Source of the DNA: the human T2T-CHM13v2.0 reference genome, Homo sapiens
Length of the DNA: 64,000 nt
NCBI RefSeq assembly: GCF_009914755.1
Contig: NC_060926.1
Strand: one strand, 5' to 3'
Shown here: positions 1-23,875 of the stretch, piece by piece
Layout: each line of letters begins with the position of its first letter
Position numbering within the stretch: the stretch's first letter is position 1
Translations under genes and position numbers: made by a program
Notes under the pieces: model-generated
What the model saw: the letters and a program-made list of their open reading frames with translations, nothing else
What the model was told of the DNA's origin: nothing
Database searches by the model: none

Positions 1-1104
1 CTGAGAAATTTCCTTTAGCACCTGTTTTTATTAGTTTTTAAACCAAAAAAGCCAAATACCATTTTACATTTAACAATGCTTCTTGTATGATTTTTATATC
101 AGATAAGCTAAATTTTATCTTTATATTAGTGTGTTATTAATATTAAATGTAATTTTAATAAAAGCTTGTAGACATATTTATCTAATTTTTAATGTTTGAC
201 CATAAAGTAAGATTTTATAGACTCTTTTTAACCTTTTATAACTTTTGCTAAAGAGCAGGTTGGTGCTTTAAGAAAAACCTATTATGCTTTTACTTTAATG
301 TCCAGTTCACAGAAAAACTCAATGATACTTCTTTAACTGTAGCTAATATGTTTACACACATAATTTTCTTTACAATTAATGTTTTAAAACTTGCTTAAAC
401 TTTCAAAACAATAGTTTTTTTTTTTAACTTTTTAATGTAGGTAAGAATGTACATTCTTATGCCCCCTTATAATCCTTTTACCAAAGGTATAGTATACTTT
501 TCTTATACACCTTGCACATAAACTGTTTTTTTTTTAAATAGTTTTACATTCAGGAGGCCTAGTTACTTTTAAATTGTACAACATTTTTTACATAAATTCT
601 TTTTTATAACTTTTTCTCTTTCATGACTTTCACAGACAATTCTTCAACATGGCTTAACTTTCTGACTTATTACAAATATTTCTTTCTTTAAACAACCAAT
701 TAATTTATTTCAGGACAAGAATTTACCATATAATACTCTTTTCATATAAATTCTGCCCCGCCTTTTTTTTCTTTTTTTTTTTCCTTAGGATACTTTTGAA
801 CTGGTGAGGTGTGCTCACAATGACCTTTCCTCTAAAAGTTATTTTTTTTACTTTTTCTTTTGTTGTTGTTAACAACGCAGTTGCCGCTACAGATTGAATG
901 CATTTGGGCCATCCGCGGGTTACTGGGTTAAGGATTTTTGATAGGAAGGCCCTTTTGGGATACGCCCTTGTTTACACTGACAACAAAGTGGCATTGGAGT
1001 GTTATAGGGTTACAGAGAATACCTTCAATTATCAATTATAGGTTTTAAATTTACCTTGGCTTTTAAAGAGATAGGGTACACCTTTTTTTTTTTTTAACTG
1101 CTTG

Positions 1105-1168
1105 TATATCTCTCTTTCTTTCTCTCTCTGACTTTGTCTCTCTCTCTTTGACTTTCTTTTTGACTCGG

Positions 1169-1201
<33 letters not shown>

Positions 1202-1320
1202 GCCTCTCTCTTTCTCTCTCTCTCTCCTTGACTTCCTCTTTGTCTGTCTCTTCCTCTCTGTCTCTTCCTCTTTCTCTTTGCCTCTTTTCCTCTCTGTCTC
1301 TTTCCTTTATCTCTCTCTGC
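1105..1320. repeat. CT/GA-rich low-complexity tract inside the ERV
   Basis: Imperfect (CT)n. Confidence 0.9.
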
Positions 1321-2287
1321 TGGTCTTGCCAGCTGCTTATGCTGATGTTCTTTCAACCACTGTGTGTTGGGGGCATGGGGTCTAAAACTAGCTGTAACCA
1401 AGTGTCTATGTACGGGAACTGGTCTGGGTTCCCAGGCTTACAGGTTGTCTTGTGCCATACCTTTGAAACAAGGGACTTACTTGTCCAGGCTTCCTTCTAA
1501 TGGCCAACCTACCTCTAATGCTGGCCAGTCTATCTTACACAAAGTTTTAAGTTTTCCTGGTGTCACAGTACTCCATAGTCTCTTTTAAATTCTTTTTTGA
1601 AAATTTTCAACTTAGTTCCTAGTAGGGTGGGCTTATTGGTGCCTGACCTATGCTTCTTCGAGACAAAACACCACGCTTACACCACACACACACCATAAAA
1701 CAAAGAACGGGTAAAAAGGGCACACACACACTTTTGCAGTTTGCACCAAACCAAAATCAAAACTAAAATCAGAGTATCCAGAAATCCAAGCCAGGTCAAA
1801 ACCAAAACCAAAGTATCAAGCAATCCAAATCAAGTCAATAACAAAAACCAAAGTGCCGGTACGGGCACACCGTGGGTGATCAGGCCATGCTTCCACTCAA
1901 ATGGAGTAGGCAAGTTCCTAAGACCAATCCTGTCAAGCAATTCAAACCAAGTCAAAACCAAAACCAAAGTGCCGATAAAGGCATGCCATGGGTGATCAGG
2001 CCACGCTTCCACTCAAACGGAGTGCGCAAGTTTCAAAGACTAGTCTTAACAAGTTTTAGATGTCCAGACTCCAAGTGCCTGTTCCTTCCCAGTGTTCAGC
2101 CACTGCGTTGATCCTCCATGGGGGCCTGCCACACACTGCTCTGGTGAGGCATCCCACCGGGGCAAGTGCCTACCCGGGAGCGCTCTCAGGATCCGCTCGG
2201 GCTGGTCGGAGTCCCCCGCAGGGATGTTCCACAGGGCAGGCTTAAGCCGCCTAAGGAGCTGCCTCGACCATCTGCCAATCACCTCGC

Positions 2288-2305
2288 TTCCCGGTCAGGG
2301 AACCG
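2288..2305 (-). promoter_or_regulatory. Primer-binding site for tRNA-Glu
   Basis: CGGTTCCCTGACCGGGAA, 17/18 match to the complement of the tRNA-Glu 3' end (TGGTTCCCTGACCGGGAA). Confidence 0.85.
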
Positions 2306-2310
2306 AGAAA

Positions 2311-2772
2311 TGTAGCAGGACCAGCCGCAGACAAAACTCCTCAGACACCGAGTTAAAGAAGGAAGGGGCTTATTCAGCCGGGGGCATAGGCAAGACTCCT
2401 TTCTTAAGGGCCAAGCTCCCCGAGTGAGCAATTCTTGTCTTTTTTAAGGGCTCACAACTCTTAAGGGGGTGTGCGTGAGAGGGTCGTGATCAATTGAGCA
2501 AGCAGGGGGTATGTAACTGGGGGCTGCATGCACTGGTAATTAGATCGGAACAATACAGGATAGGAATTTTCACAGTGCTTTACTATACAGTGTCTGTAAT
2601 CTATAGATAACATAACCGATTAGGTCAGGGGTCGATCTTTAACTACCAGGCCTAGGGTGTGGGGCCGGGCTGTCTGCTTGTGGATTTCATTTCTGCCTTT
2701 TAGTTTTTACCTTTTCTTCTTTGGAGGCAGAAATTGGGCATAAGACAACATGAGGAGTGGTCTCCTCCCCTA
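2311..2772 (-). mobile_element. LTR2 (HERV-E/Harlequin) 5' LTR
   Basis: TAGGGGAGGAGACCA...CCTGCTACA termini, ~460 bp, resembles LTR2 throughout. Confidence 0.9.
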
Positions 2773-2848
2773 AGCCGAGATCGTGCCACTGCACTCCAGC
2801 CTGGGTGACAGAGTGAGACTCCGTCTCAAAAAAAAAAAAAAAAAAAAA
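2773..2848 (+). mobile_element. Alu 3' fragment with poly(A), cut by the provirus
   Basis: AGCCGAGATCGTGCCACTGCACTCCAGCC...A-tail directly abutting the LTR. Confidence 0.9.
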
Positions 2849-2984
2849 TTGAAAACAGACGAATGTACAAGGAGAGTCATTGCAGTTTTGTTTTTAAGAA
2901 CTGAGAAAGTTTATTTATCCAGGACATTGTTTAAGTAAATTACGGTTTCTACCAGGAATACTCGGCAGCTCTTAAATAAGAATA

Positions 2985-4125
<1,141 letters not shown>

Positions 4126-4867
4126 GCTAACTTGAAAATTGAAGTCCCTATAATCCTACTTCCTAGATAGAATCAGTGATCTTGCACTTTTAGTGTTATT
4201 TTCTGTCAATCATAGTTATGTGTATCCCAATGTAATACATATATTACTTAACATGAAAAATTTTAAGCACATAGAAATTTAAAGGAAATATGCTCATCTG
4301 TGAATATTATAAAGCCACCATCTAGATTTAGCAGTTAATATTTTGCAGTGTTTAAATTTTTTTCACTGTAGTTTGAAGTAAATTACTTTAAACTTTTCAC
4401 CCCTAAATACTTTAGAATGCATCTTTTTTAAAGAATGAATTCTTTCACAATATAATCACACAATTTTCACACCTAACACACGTAACAGTGCTTTCTAAAT
4501 GTTGTCTAATAACCAGACTATATTCACCTTTCCCTTTTTGACCCCAAAAAATGTCTTTGAGAGCTGGTTTGTTTAAATAGGGTTCTAATTAAGGAGCATA
4601 GGTTGCATTTCATTGTTTGTCTCTAAGCTTTTTAAAAATCAAGTGTAGTACCTGGCCCCCCCTTTTTTTTTCTTGACTTTGAACTTATTGGAGAGACCTA
4701 GCCAGTTGACTTACAGAAGTTGGGTCAATGTTCTCACTTTCTGTATTTATCTGATTGTTTCCTCATGGTGTCCTATAACTGTATTCTCTTTTATTTCCAG
4801 TAAAGCAGAATTTTAGGCTTGAACACAATTACATTAAACATGTTGGACAACAATTCTTCACCATTGA

Positions 4868-6733
<1,866 letters not shown>

Positions 6734-6989
6734 CCATTCTTTTAATCAATTAAGTCTTTATATTGAAAGTGATTTTCGTATAAATAACATGTACTCGGGT
6801 CTTGTCTGTTTAATGTAGTCTGACAATCTCTGCATTACAGTTGGTATATTTAGACCATTTACATTTAATGTAATTATTGATTTGGTGGGATTTAGGTCTA
6901 CCATTTCTAATCTGTCATCAAGTTCACAAACTCCTATCATTGTCATCTGCATTCTGCTATGTAGCCCATCGAGTGAATTTTTGAAAATT

Positions 6990-7760
6990 ATTAATAATAC
7001 ATTTTATTGTTTGAGCAATTTCAGCTTATCAGAAAAGTGAGCAAACAGAAGAGAATTCCCATATGCCCTCTTACCCCAAACCCTCCCACCCCCGTTTCCC
7101 TTATTATTAACATCTTGCATTAGTATAGTACATTTGTTATAATTGATGAGCCATTATTAAAACTTTATTAACAATAGTCCTTTGTGGATTACATCAGAGT
7201 TCATTCTTGGTGTTGTATAGTCTATGGGTTTTGACAAATGTATAATGACATGTATTCATCATTACAGAATCAAACAGAATAGTTTCACTACCCTAAAAAT
7301 CAGCTGTTCTCCACCATTTATCCACCCTCCCCACCCCCAACTCCTAACTCCTGGCAACCACTGAACTTCTTACTGTTTCTATGGTTTTGCCTTTTTCAGA
7401 ATATATATATATATATATATAATATTATATATGATATATATTATTATATATCATATATAAAGAACTATTTTTTTGCAAAGATTTTTTTCCCATTTAATGG
7501 CTTACCTTTTCATTCTCTTAACAGTGTCCTTTGTGAGCAGAAAAATTTAATTTTAGTAAAGTCCAACTTACCAATTTTTTCTTTTATGAGTCATGTTTTT
7601 GATGTTATATCTAAAAAGTCATCACCAAATCCAAGGTCACCTGAGTTTTCTCCTATGTTATCTTCTAGGAATTCTGTAGTGTTGCATGTTACATTTAGGT
7701 CTATGATCCATTTTGAGTTAGTTTTTGTGAAAGGAGTGAGATCTGTGTCTAGATAAGATA
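6990..7760 (-). mobile_element. Old L1M 3'/ORF2 fragment
   Basis: Antisense L1 motifs, e.g. TTTAGGTCTATGATCCATTTTGAGTTA. Confidence 0.8.
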
Positions 7761-7766
7761 TACTTA

Positions 7767-8062
<296 letters not shown>

Positions 8063-8139
8063 AGATATACCTTGATGTAGCATTTTTGTTATTTATCCTA
8101 TATGGTGTTTTTTGAGCTTCCTGGATCTGTTCCTTTATG

Positions 8140-9530
<1,391 letters not shown>

Positions 9531-10221
9531 CTCCCTAGAGGCTTCTTTGTAAAGTAGCTCTGAGTCTTGCAGTGTCTATCCCTAATCATGGGAAAACATC
9601 AAACAAACCCATATAGCAGGACATCTGACAAAGTACCAAGTGTCAAGGATCATGGATTGAATCCTGAAACAGAGGAAGGACACTGAAGGAAAGACTGGGA
9701 AAACCTGACTGAGGTCTGGAGTGTAGTTAGTGATACTATACCAAGACTAATTTCTTAGTTTTGATAATTTATTAACAGTTATGTTAACATTGGGGGTAGC
9801 TGTGCAAGGGGTGTGAGAAAGCTGTTATATCTTTAACCTTGGCCCATGGTTAAGGTGTTTCCAGTGTAAGGTCACTGTTATTCCTTGTAGTTAACATATA
9901 TTTGGCACCACAGGATTCATTCTGGAATTCTTGGCTTATTTATAACTTTTTTTCTTTTTCTAGTAGTGAGAAACCTGGCTTTCGTGCAGAGTTTACAAAC
10001 GCCAATTTAAACTTTTGTTTTGTCATAGGCAATAATTTTATTACCTTTATTACCTGTATTTATTTCAGAGCTTATGAATTTTTAATTATTCTAAGGGCTA
10101 ACACAGAACTTTTTCATGTTTTCTACTCTTCAAGAGCAGGTAAGACTTTAGTTTGTAATACATTACAAGAGGAATCCTGTGGTTCTCTAAGAGCTAATTT
10201 GTCTTGGCAAAAGGCCTTAGC

Positions 10222-10724
<503 letters not shown>

Positions 10725-11069
10725 TTAAAAAACCCAACAACAACAAAACCAGCAAACAAGAAAACTAAACAGGCTTTAGGGAAAGAGCAATCTAATTATC
10801 TGATTATATGATTGGCACTAAGATGGGAATGACTCTGGCCTAATTTCTTCAATTTACATTTTAAAACAGGAGCTTAGTTAGCCCCCAAATAATATGTAAT
10901 TGATGTATTAGGGTTGGGGAGTGAATATTTTTCAAAGCAGAAGATATTTCTCAATTCTTGCTTACTTTTGGAGGTTGAAGTTCAAGGAAGCCCCTGCCTT
11001 GGCACTGTATTCCAGGGAGGTATTTGGAGTTAATTTCAGGGCTTAGCAGTGACTCTTTAGAAAAGCAGT

Positions 11070-11697
<628 letters not shown>

Positions 11698-12066
11698 AGA
11701 ACAAAGGAGTCCCTTTCAAACTATTTTGAAGTCATCGTCTATAAGGCAATATGAAAGCTGATCTGAATGATTTCTCCTTTTCCAGGAAAGGAAACAAAAA
11801 TGAAATCATGTTAGGGCTGCATATTTTATGGGTCCCAGGACAAATAGACATAGTCTGAAAGAATGATCTCAGTCAGAAACTCAGAATGAATCATATGAAT
11901 TAAACATTGGACAATGTCCAATGCTCAGCATGTGTTTTTGGTTTATACTAAGAACATATTATGCCACCAAATACAGATATTTACTATTATACTTAGTGTA
12001 GGAGGTATATTGAGACATTGTTCTACACTACCACAGTTCCATATTTTGTGAAAAGCTATGTTGCAC

Positions 12067-16836
<4,770 letters not shown>

Positions 16837-17177
16837 TTAATGACCTCTGCCCCTAACTGAACAAAGCCCTTCATCTAAGGCCACCCTTTGGTTGGCAGCC
16901 TTAGCCAGACATCTGCTTCTGGTCAAATCAATGTCTTGTCCACAGGGAGGCCCAGCGCTGTTTCTGGTTTTAGCTGGATGCAGGGTGTCAGACATGGCAG
17001 GTACTACGGTCTACCTGGCGGGTATCAAAGAGTTGGTCGACGTTCTCACAACAACCTAATAGGGACCAACCATGGAAGGCCAGTAGTAAAGGAGTTTGAA
17101 GTTCCCTTTCAGAAACCAATTAACAACCCCAAAGAGACAGTGGGTAACATAAAAGAGCAGCCATAAAAATATACAGT

Positions 17178-17183
17178 TTTAAT
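17178..17183 (-). terminator. Candidate distal polyadenylation signal ATTAAA
   Basis: ATTAAA with downstream U/GU-rich tract. Confidence 0.55.
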
Positions 17184-18384
17184 AGAAATATTAAAATAAT
17201 CATTACACTTCCTCTCATTGCAGAAACCATGAAAGAATATGCCTTTTGTAATCAAAGTAATTTTTTATCATGCAAAAAAGTATTTTGTTATGACATTCGT
17301 AAGTGGAGACTGTATTTCAAAACAAGTTTATACAGACTTCAAAAGGTCTAAAGTCAAAGTGAAATATATTTAAATATGATTAGTTACATCTAATGCAGCT
17401 GGCATACTCATATTCACAGTTTATAAAGTAAAAAAACTAAACTCTTCATGTCGGCTCTGAAATAGATGCATTTTCATTCATACATTCGCTAGTTAGGTCT
17501 GTTCTTCTAAGGAGGAAAGACGAGATATATGAGATATTTTTTAAAGAACAAACTCAACATATCAGCAGCAAATTTCAGTTAAACTAAATTGGAAACCAAT
17601 GTTCTGTGTAACCAAAGTGCAAAGTCAGTTCCCCAGCTCAGAAAGAAAATTAAGAGTATAAACTGAAGGCTTAAGAGAACTTCAGAGAGCACACTGTGTG
17701 ATTAATACATAAATATTAAAAATTATCCAATTTTTGATTTAAGAACAACACAGTTTGGATCTAGTCATTAAAACATATGCACAGGTGTCAAAGGCAAGTA
17801 ACACTACCACCTAAGGTTATTCGGAGGAACTGTGAAGATGTAGCACGGACCTCTAAGGTGTCTAAAATCCCTTCTGATGGAAAGGTTATGGAACACTATC
17901 TGCCAAAAACACTGAAAGCACCACTTTTATATTTAGATCCAATGCTGAGTGATATAGTCACTGTTGGGATAGGTTTTTATTTGGGAAAATGGAGAGGATT
18001 CTCAAAACAGATTCATGGCTTGCATGCAGTGACACCCTATCAAGAGCCTGGAAAGACACCATGAAATCACCTCAACTCAAGTGGTGGGCCCACCTACTCA
18101 TAGTCAGTGTTACACTAGCCAGCTCTAGGGCTCTGACAACATAATGAGTTTTGAGGTAGTATACTTTAAAGAAAAAAAGAAGAGTTTATTTTAAAGCAAA
18201 TAACTAAACTGTATTTTAACTTAGCACAATTAACTGCAGCATATTTACTTCATAGCCCCTTAACATGTCACTTTTACCAACAAAGCTTTTTCCTTCATAT
18301 TCTAATCACAAAAATTTCTCAACAATTTATAACAATCTGTAAATCTGACCTTGCAATAAATAGTCATAAAACGTTATTTTTATT

Positions 18385-18531
18385 ACTATTATTATTTTTA
18401 GAGACAAGGTCTCGCTCTGTTCCCCGAGCTGGAGTGCAGTGGTACAATCACAGCTCACTAGCCTCAAGCGATTCTCCAGCCTCAGCCTCCCAAAGTAGTG
18501 GGATTTCAGGCATGAATCACCACACCTGGCC
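18385..18531 (-). mobile_element. Monomeric or deleted Alu in the 3' UTR
   Basis: Short Alu-like segment. Confidence 0.8.
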
Positions 18532-18953
18532 TTGAAACATTATTTTTAAAGCCTAAATTCCAGTTGGTATGGTACCAAAATTTAGTTTAACTTCAAAATT
18601 CACAGTACTGCCGAGAAATGGGCGGGTCCTGAGGTTCCAGAGAAGTGGGGAGTGAATTCATTCCTGGTGGTTTTATTCTGGCAGCATGCATGGGAGATCA
18701 CATGAGTTAGAGGGCTGTGGCCTGGTATCAACACTTCAAGCTGTTGTACTTTTACTTCAAGTTGAAACTTTTAAAATACATCTGTCATACAGATGTACAA
18801 ATATATGTAAATGCAAACACATATACACACTTTTTGACAAAAGAATAATGGTAACACACACGAACCATTTTTGTAAACAGATTCTATTTGGTTAATAGAA
18901 GTATTCCTTCCATCAACCTATCGAAGTCCAAACCAACTACGAAGATAGGATGC

Positions 18954-18988
18954 TCATCCAGAAGAACGGGAAGGATTTTCTTCCTCAT
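18954..18988 (-). CDS. RGPD6: RGPD last exon, coding part (DEEENPSRSSG*)
   Basis: Long pyrimidine tract, AAG acceptor, TGA at 18954-56. Confidence 0.93.
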
Positions 18989-19134
18989 CTTTAGAAAGTA
19001 AAACAAAGAAAAAAAAAAGAAAAAAGAGAGTATTAAAATTTCTCAATGTAAAATCTATATTTTAGAACCACTCTACAATATAAGCAAATAATGTCTTTTT
19101 TACTGATCACATGCCTTTTTTGGTGGGGGGGGGG

Positions 19135-19530
<396 letters not shown>

Positions 19531-19949
19531 TAATTTTCTATTTTAGCTTTAAAACATTGATAAGCAACATGAAGCAATCTAGAACTTAACCTTTAAATGG
19601 CTTTATTAAAGCAATCCAGCTATGAAAATTATGCAGAAATGATTATCTACAAACAATCTTACCAGCACATAAGAAATTCTTCCTCTATTCTGAAATACCA
19701 TCTTCTCACAATATACTTTGATGTTATGAATCAATGTCTGTTCTTGAACATTATTTATTGTCTTTCTCTATTAAACAATTCCAAAATAAAATTTCCAGCA
19801 CAACTAAATATTGTTGACGATAAGAGGATTTTAAAAAAAATTCTTTTAAAACAGAAGCTTATATACAACTTAGAATCTAAAACCAATAGATTTATGGGAA
19901 ACCTTAAAACTGAACCACAACAAACAAAAACCAAAGTTTTAATCATTTA

Positions 19950-20540
19950 AAAATCATGTTTATTGAGGTACAACTTACTTATAGTAAAACCTGCCCTTTT
20001 CAGCATATAGCACTGAGTCTTGACAAATGCACAGTTACGTACCACCACCGACCAAGGCCTGGCACATTTTCATCTCCTCAAAGTTCTCCCTGGCTGCTTC
20101 TCCCACTCCTTGGCAACCGCTAACCTGTTTTCTGTCCTTATAGTTCTGCTTTTTTCAGTGTCATATAAGTAGAATCACACTGTACATAGTATTTTGAGTC
20201 TGACCTCTGTCAACTGGCATAATGCATTTGAGAATTACCCATGTTGCTGAACTGGCAGTGCATTCTTTTTTATTGCTGAGCAGTATTCAATTGCACGGCT
20301 GTACCAGTTTGTTTATTCATTTGCCAGTTGAAGGATAACTGAGATCTTCCTCGTTTTTAGCAATTTTAAAGAAAGTTTCTACGAATAATTGTGTACAGGT
20401 TTTTAATTAAATGTTTTGGAGATATAATTCATATACCACATAATTCACCTTTTTAAAGTGCATAATTCACTGGTTTTTAATATATTCACAAGGTTTGTGC
20501 ATAGGTTTTTGTGTGAATACTGGTTTTCATTCCTCTTGGA
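19950..20540 (-). mobile_element. Old L1M 3' fragment
   Basis: Antisense L1 3' motifs. Confidence 0.75.
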
Positions 20541-20694
20541 TAAAGATTTAATTTGGTATTACCCTTCCAGACACCTTTCTGTGTTTTCATACGTATATAT
20601 GTATGACAGTTTGACCTTAGGCAGAGTAGCATTTTCAAAATTTTACATGGGGAAACTTTCTAGAGTTACAAGTCATTTTATTTTTCTGTTCTGT

Positions 20695-21200
20695 CTGGTT
20701 TTATCTGCGTGTTATTTACAATCTGCTGCGTAACAAATTACTACAAACTTAGTACCTTAACACATATTTATTTCACAGTTTCTGTGGGTCAGGAGATCAG
20801 AAATGGTTCTATTTCAAGGTCTCTCACAGGGCTGCAATCAAGATGTTGGCATGGCTGGGGTCTCATCTGAAGGCTGGACTGGAGAAGAATCTACTTCCAA
20901 ACTTATGTGGTAGTTGGAAGAATTTAGTTCCTCAAGGCTGCTAAACTGATGGCCTGTGTTCCTTGCCTCTGGGATGGTAGCTTGCTTCAACAAAGTGTGC
21001 AAGCAGAGAAGACAGAGAGAGGCCGCTAGCAAGATAGAAGCCACAATCTCTTGTAATCTATCATTCTTGCTGTATTCTACTGGTTAAACATAACTCATTA
21101 GGTTAGCCTACTGGCTCTCAAGGGGAAGAGATTATACAAAGGCATGCATTTCTGGAGGAGGGAATGAGGGCAAACAATTCTGAAAAGTCTGTCTTCCACA
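20695..21200 (-). mobile_element. MLT1-family MaLR LTR
   Basis: GCTGCGTAACAAATTACTACAAACTTAG...CACAGTTTCTGTGGGTCAGGA. Confidence 0.75.
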
Positions 21201-23603
21201 ACCTGAAGAACTTCTAGAAAGTAGGAGGAAGCGATATTGCTTAGGGATGGACAACTTGGCACTGGTTATGTGTTCCAAGTGAGGTAACCTTGTTCCCAAG
21301 AATAAAGAGAACCAGACGACTGTAAACATTTCCCTAAACTGAAATGCAGACTGTTGTATGTTCACCTGAAATGAATGGTGTAAGCTGAATATAAGATTTT
21401 TGACAAAATAAAAATTTTGCTGTGTTCTCAGATCTGGCAGGCTCCTGCCCTTGTGCAAACAATGTTCCTGGCAGCTATTCATCTCCTTAGGTAAATAAGA
21501 ATTGGAGAAAAGCTGTGCTTAGATAGGGTGCATTTGCTCTTGCCTTGGAAGGCTGTTTTCTGATAAGGTTCTATATCCTCTGCAAATCAAATCAGGCACT
21601 TACAGTGTGAGTATGCATTCTCTTCCTGCCAGTCTGGAGATGATCAAAAAGCCTATAACAGGCTTGGCCTATTTTCCTATTGGGTTGCTGGGCTTTTTTT
21701 CTTTATTTACTTGTAGAGAGTTTTAGACCTCTGTGTATGTATGGTGTACAAGTGACAATATTCAGATCTGTAAACTGTAACCCAGTCTGGGAGCAAAGAA
21801 GATATAGAAAAATGACTTTTACTTCCAGCTTTAGTAGTAAAATTGAGATTCAAATTTTGCATATAGAAGTACTATATGGCTAACTTATTTGGGGAGCAAA
21901 GCTGACTTACCATAAGTCTATCTCAAATAGAAATGAAACACTCAATTTGTGAAATATGCTGAGTTTTAATGCGTGTGGGGGCAGGGTGAATTAACATTTG
22001 TGATGCAAGGAGAAGAGCAATCTATACTTACCACTGTCTATTTGACATTGGGGACTACTGCTACACTCTAAGTCATTTTACCTTATAACGCAGAGTTGTA
22101 ACACGCTACTCTGAGCAGCTCATGACATCTGCTTGAAATTTAAGTTGGGCCCCTAATATGTGTTTATTATAAAGATTTTGATGCTGCTTTTCAGAGTTGG
22201 GTAACCTACTTTACCCCCCTAAGCTAATGTTTCCCAAATACACCCAAACCCACAGAAAGGAAAACTATTCCTCATTAACTCACAGCCAACATCATAAACA
22301 TTTTATATCTAGAGCTGATGATACAGTCAGGTATTTACCAACACTCATGTATATATGTAGAGTTTCAAGAAATAATTGCTTATCCTTACCAGATTCAACA
22401 TATTCTAACGTTTCACATATTATTTTTATTTCTTAATATTTTTTTAAAGATGGGGTTTTACTCTGTTGCCCAGGCTGAAATGCAGTGGCGTGACCAGGAT
22501 TTCGACCAGAAGTTTGACTGCAGCCTCGAACTCCTTCTAACAAACAATCCTGCTGCCTTAGCCTCCCGAGTAGCTAGGACTATGGGCACATGCCACCAGA
22601 TCTGGCATATTTTAAAATTTTTGTAGACATAGGGTCTCGCCATGTTGCCCAGGCTGATTCTGAACTCCTGTTCTCAAGCAATCCTCCTGCCTGGTCTTCC
22701 CAAACTGTTGGGCTTACAGGTGTGAGTCATTGAGCCCAGCTTGTATTCTTTTGATTTAAAAAAAAAATATCCTGAATGTGATCCACCAAATTAATTTCAC
22801 CATCCACTAATAGGTAGCAACCTGAATGAAAAATACTGTTATAAACTTTACACAAAACCAGAGATTATAAACATTTGCCTCCAAGGAGATGAGAGAGGCA
22901 AAAGGTACTTGTTTGCTCTGATGGGCCCTGTTTCCTTCAGTGCCAGGAAGAGTGGCTCTCAGACCTTTCTTCTGGCATCCCTCATGTATGCAGTGTTGGT
23001 TATTATTTTCAAGGCCTTGGTAACAAAATGCCCCTAGTGTGACCAGTCAGACTGACAGTCCATATCTGTAATATGGTGGTAAGTTTCCTTTGCATGTCTT
23101 TCTTTCTGGCATCTTAGACCTTTTACCTAGGAAATTTTCTTTTTGCTTGAAGTACATCATTAAGAATTTCCAGTGAAGGCAGATTCTTAAAGTTTTTGTT
23201 TTCCAGAAGAGATCTTGGAAAATATAAAAGGTTGGCAGTTATTTCTTTTAGTACATGAGATAGTATTACACCAATGCTGTTGAGAAGTCTATTGTGAGGC
23301 AATGTGTCTTCTTTCTCTGGCTGCTTTTGAGATTTCTCTCTGTCTTTTTTAGGGGCAGTTTTACTCTTATGTGACTAGAAGTAGATTTCTTCTTTTTTTT
23401 TTAATACTGCTTGAGATTTTACTGGGTTTTTGAATCTGTGGATAGATATCCTTCAACAGTTCTGAAAGATTTCCAGCCATTCTCTTCATATATTATCTGT
23501 GCTGTATTCTTGTCTCTCCTTTTAGAACTTCGATTAGTAAAAACATGTTTGATGTCTTTTCCCACTCTTGTTTTTTGTTTCTCCCATGCTGAATTCTGTG
23601 TAA

Positions 23604-23875
<272 letters not shown>

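Larger units (their letters stand above)
1..2310 (-). mobile_element. Harlequin/HERV-E-type ERV1 internal sequence (5' leader; continues left of the window)
   Basis: Follows LTR2 and the tRNA-Glu PBS; leader repeats and a GA-rich tract; no intact gag ORF. Confidence 0.8.
17165..18953 (-). other. GCC2-derived 3' UTR (~1.8 kb)
   Basis: AU-rich; candidate signals AATAAA at 18672-77, 18185-90 and 17976-81, and distal ATTAAA at 17178-83 followed by GU-rich sequence; 3' end inferred. Confidence 0.65.

Noticed and set aside
1063-1500. Arg/Glu/Lys-rich and Ser/Leu-rich ORFs
   Set aside because: Translation of the CT/GA low-complexity tract in the ERV.
1817-2050. ~117-bp tandem duplication and AAACCAAA-rich short repeats, superficially array-like
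   Set aside because: Two diverged units with no spacers, inside the ERV leader; most likely a family feature, not CRISPR-like.
2288-2305. tRNA-Glu-like sequence as a tRNA gene
   Set aside because: Only the 18-nt retroviral primer-binding site; no cloverleaf.
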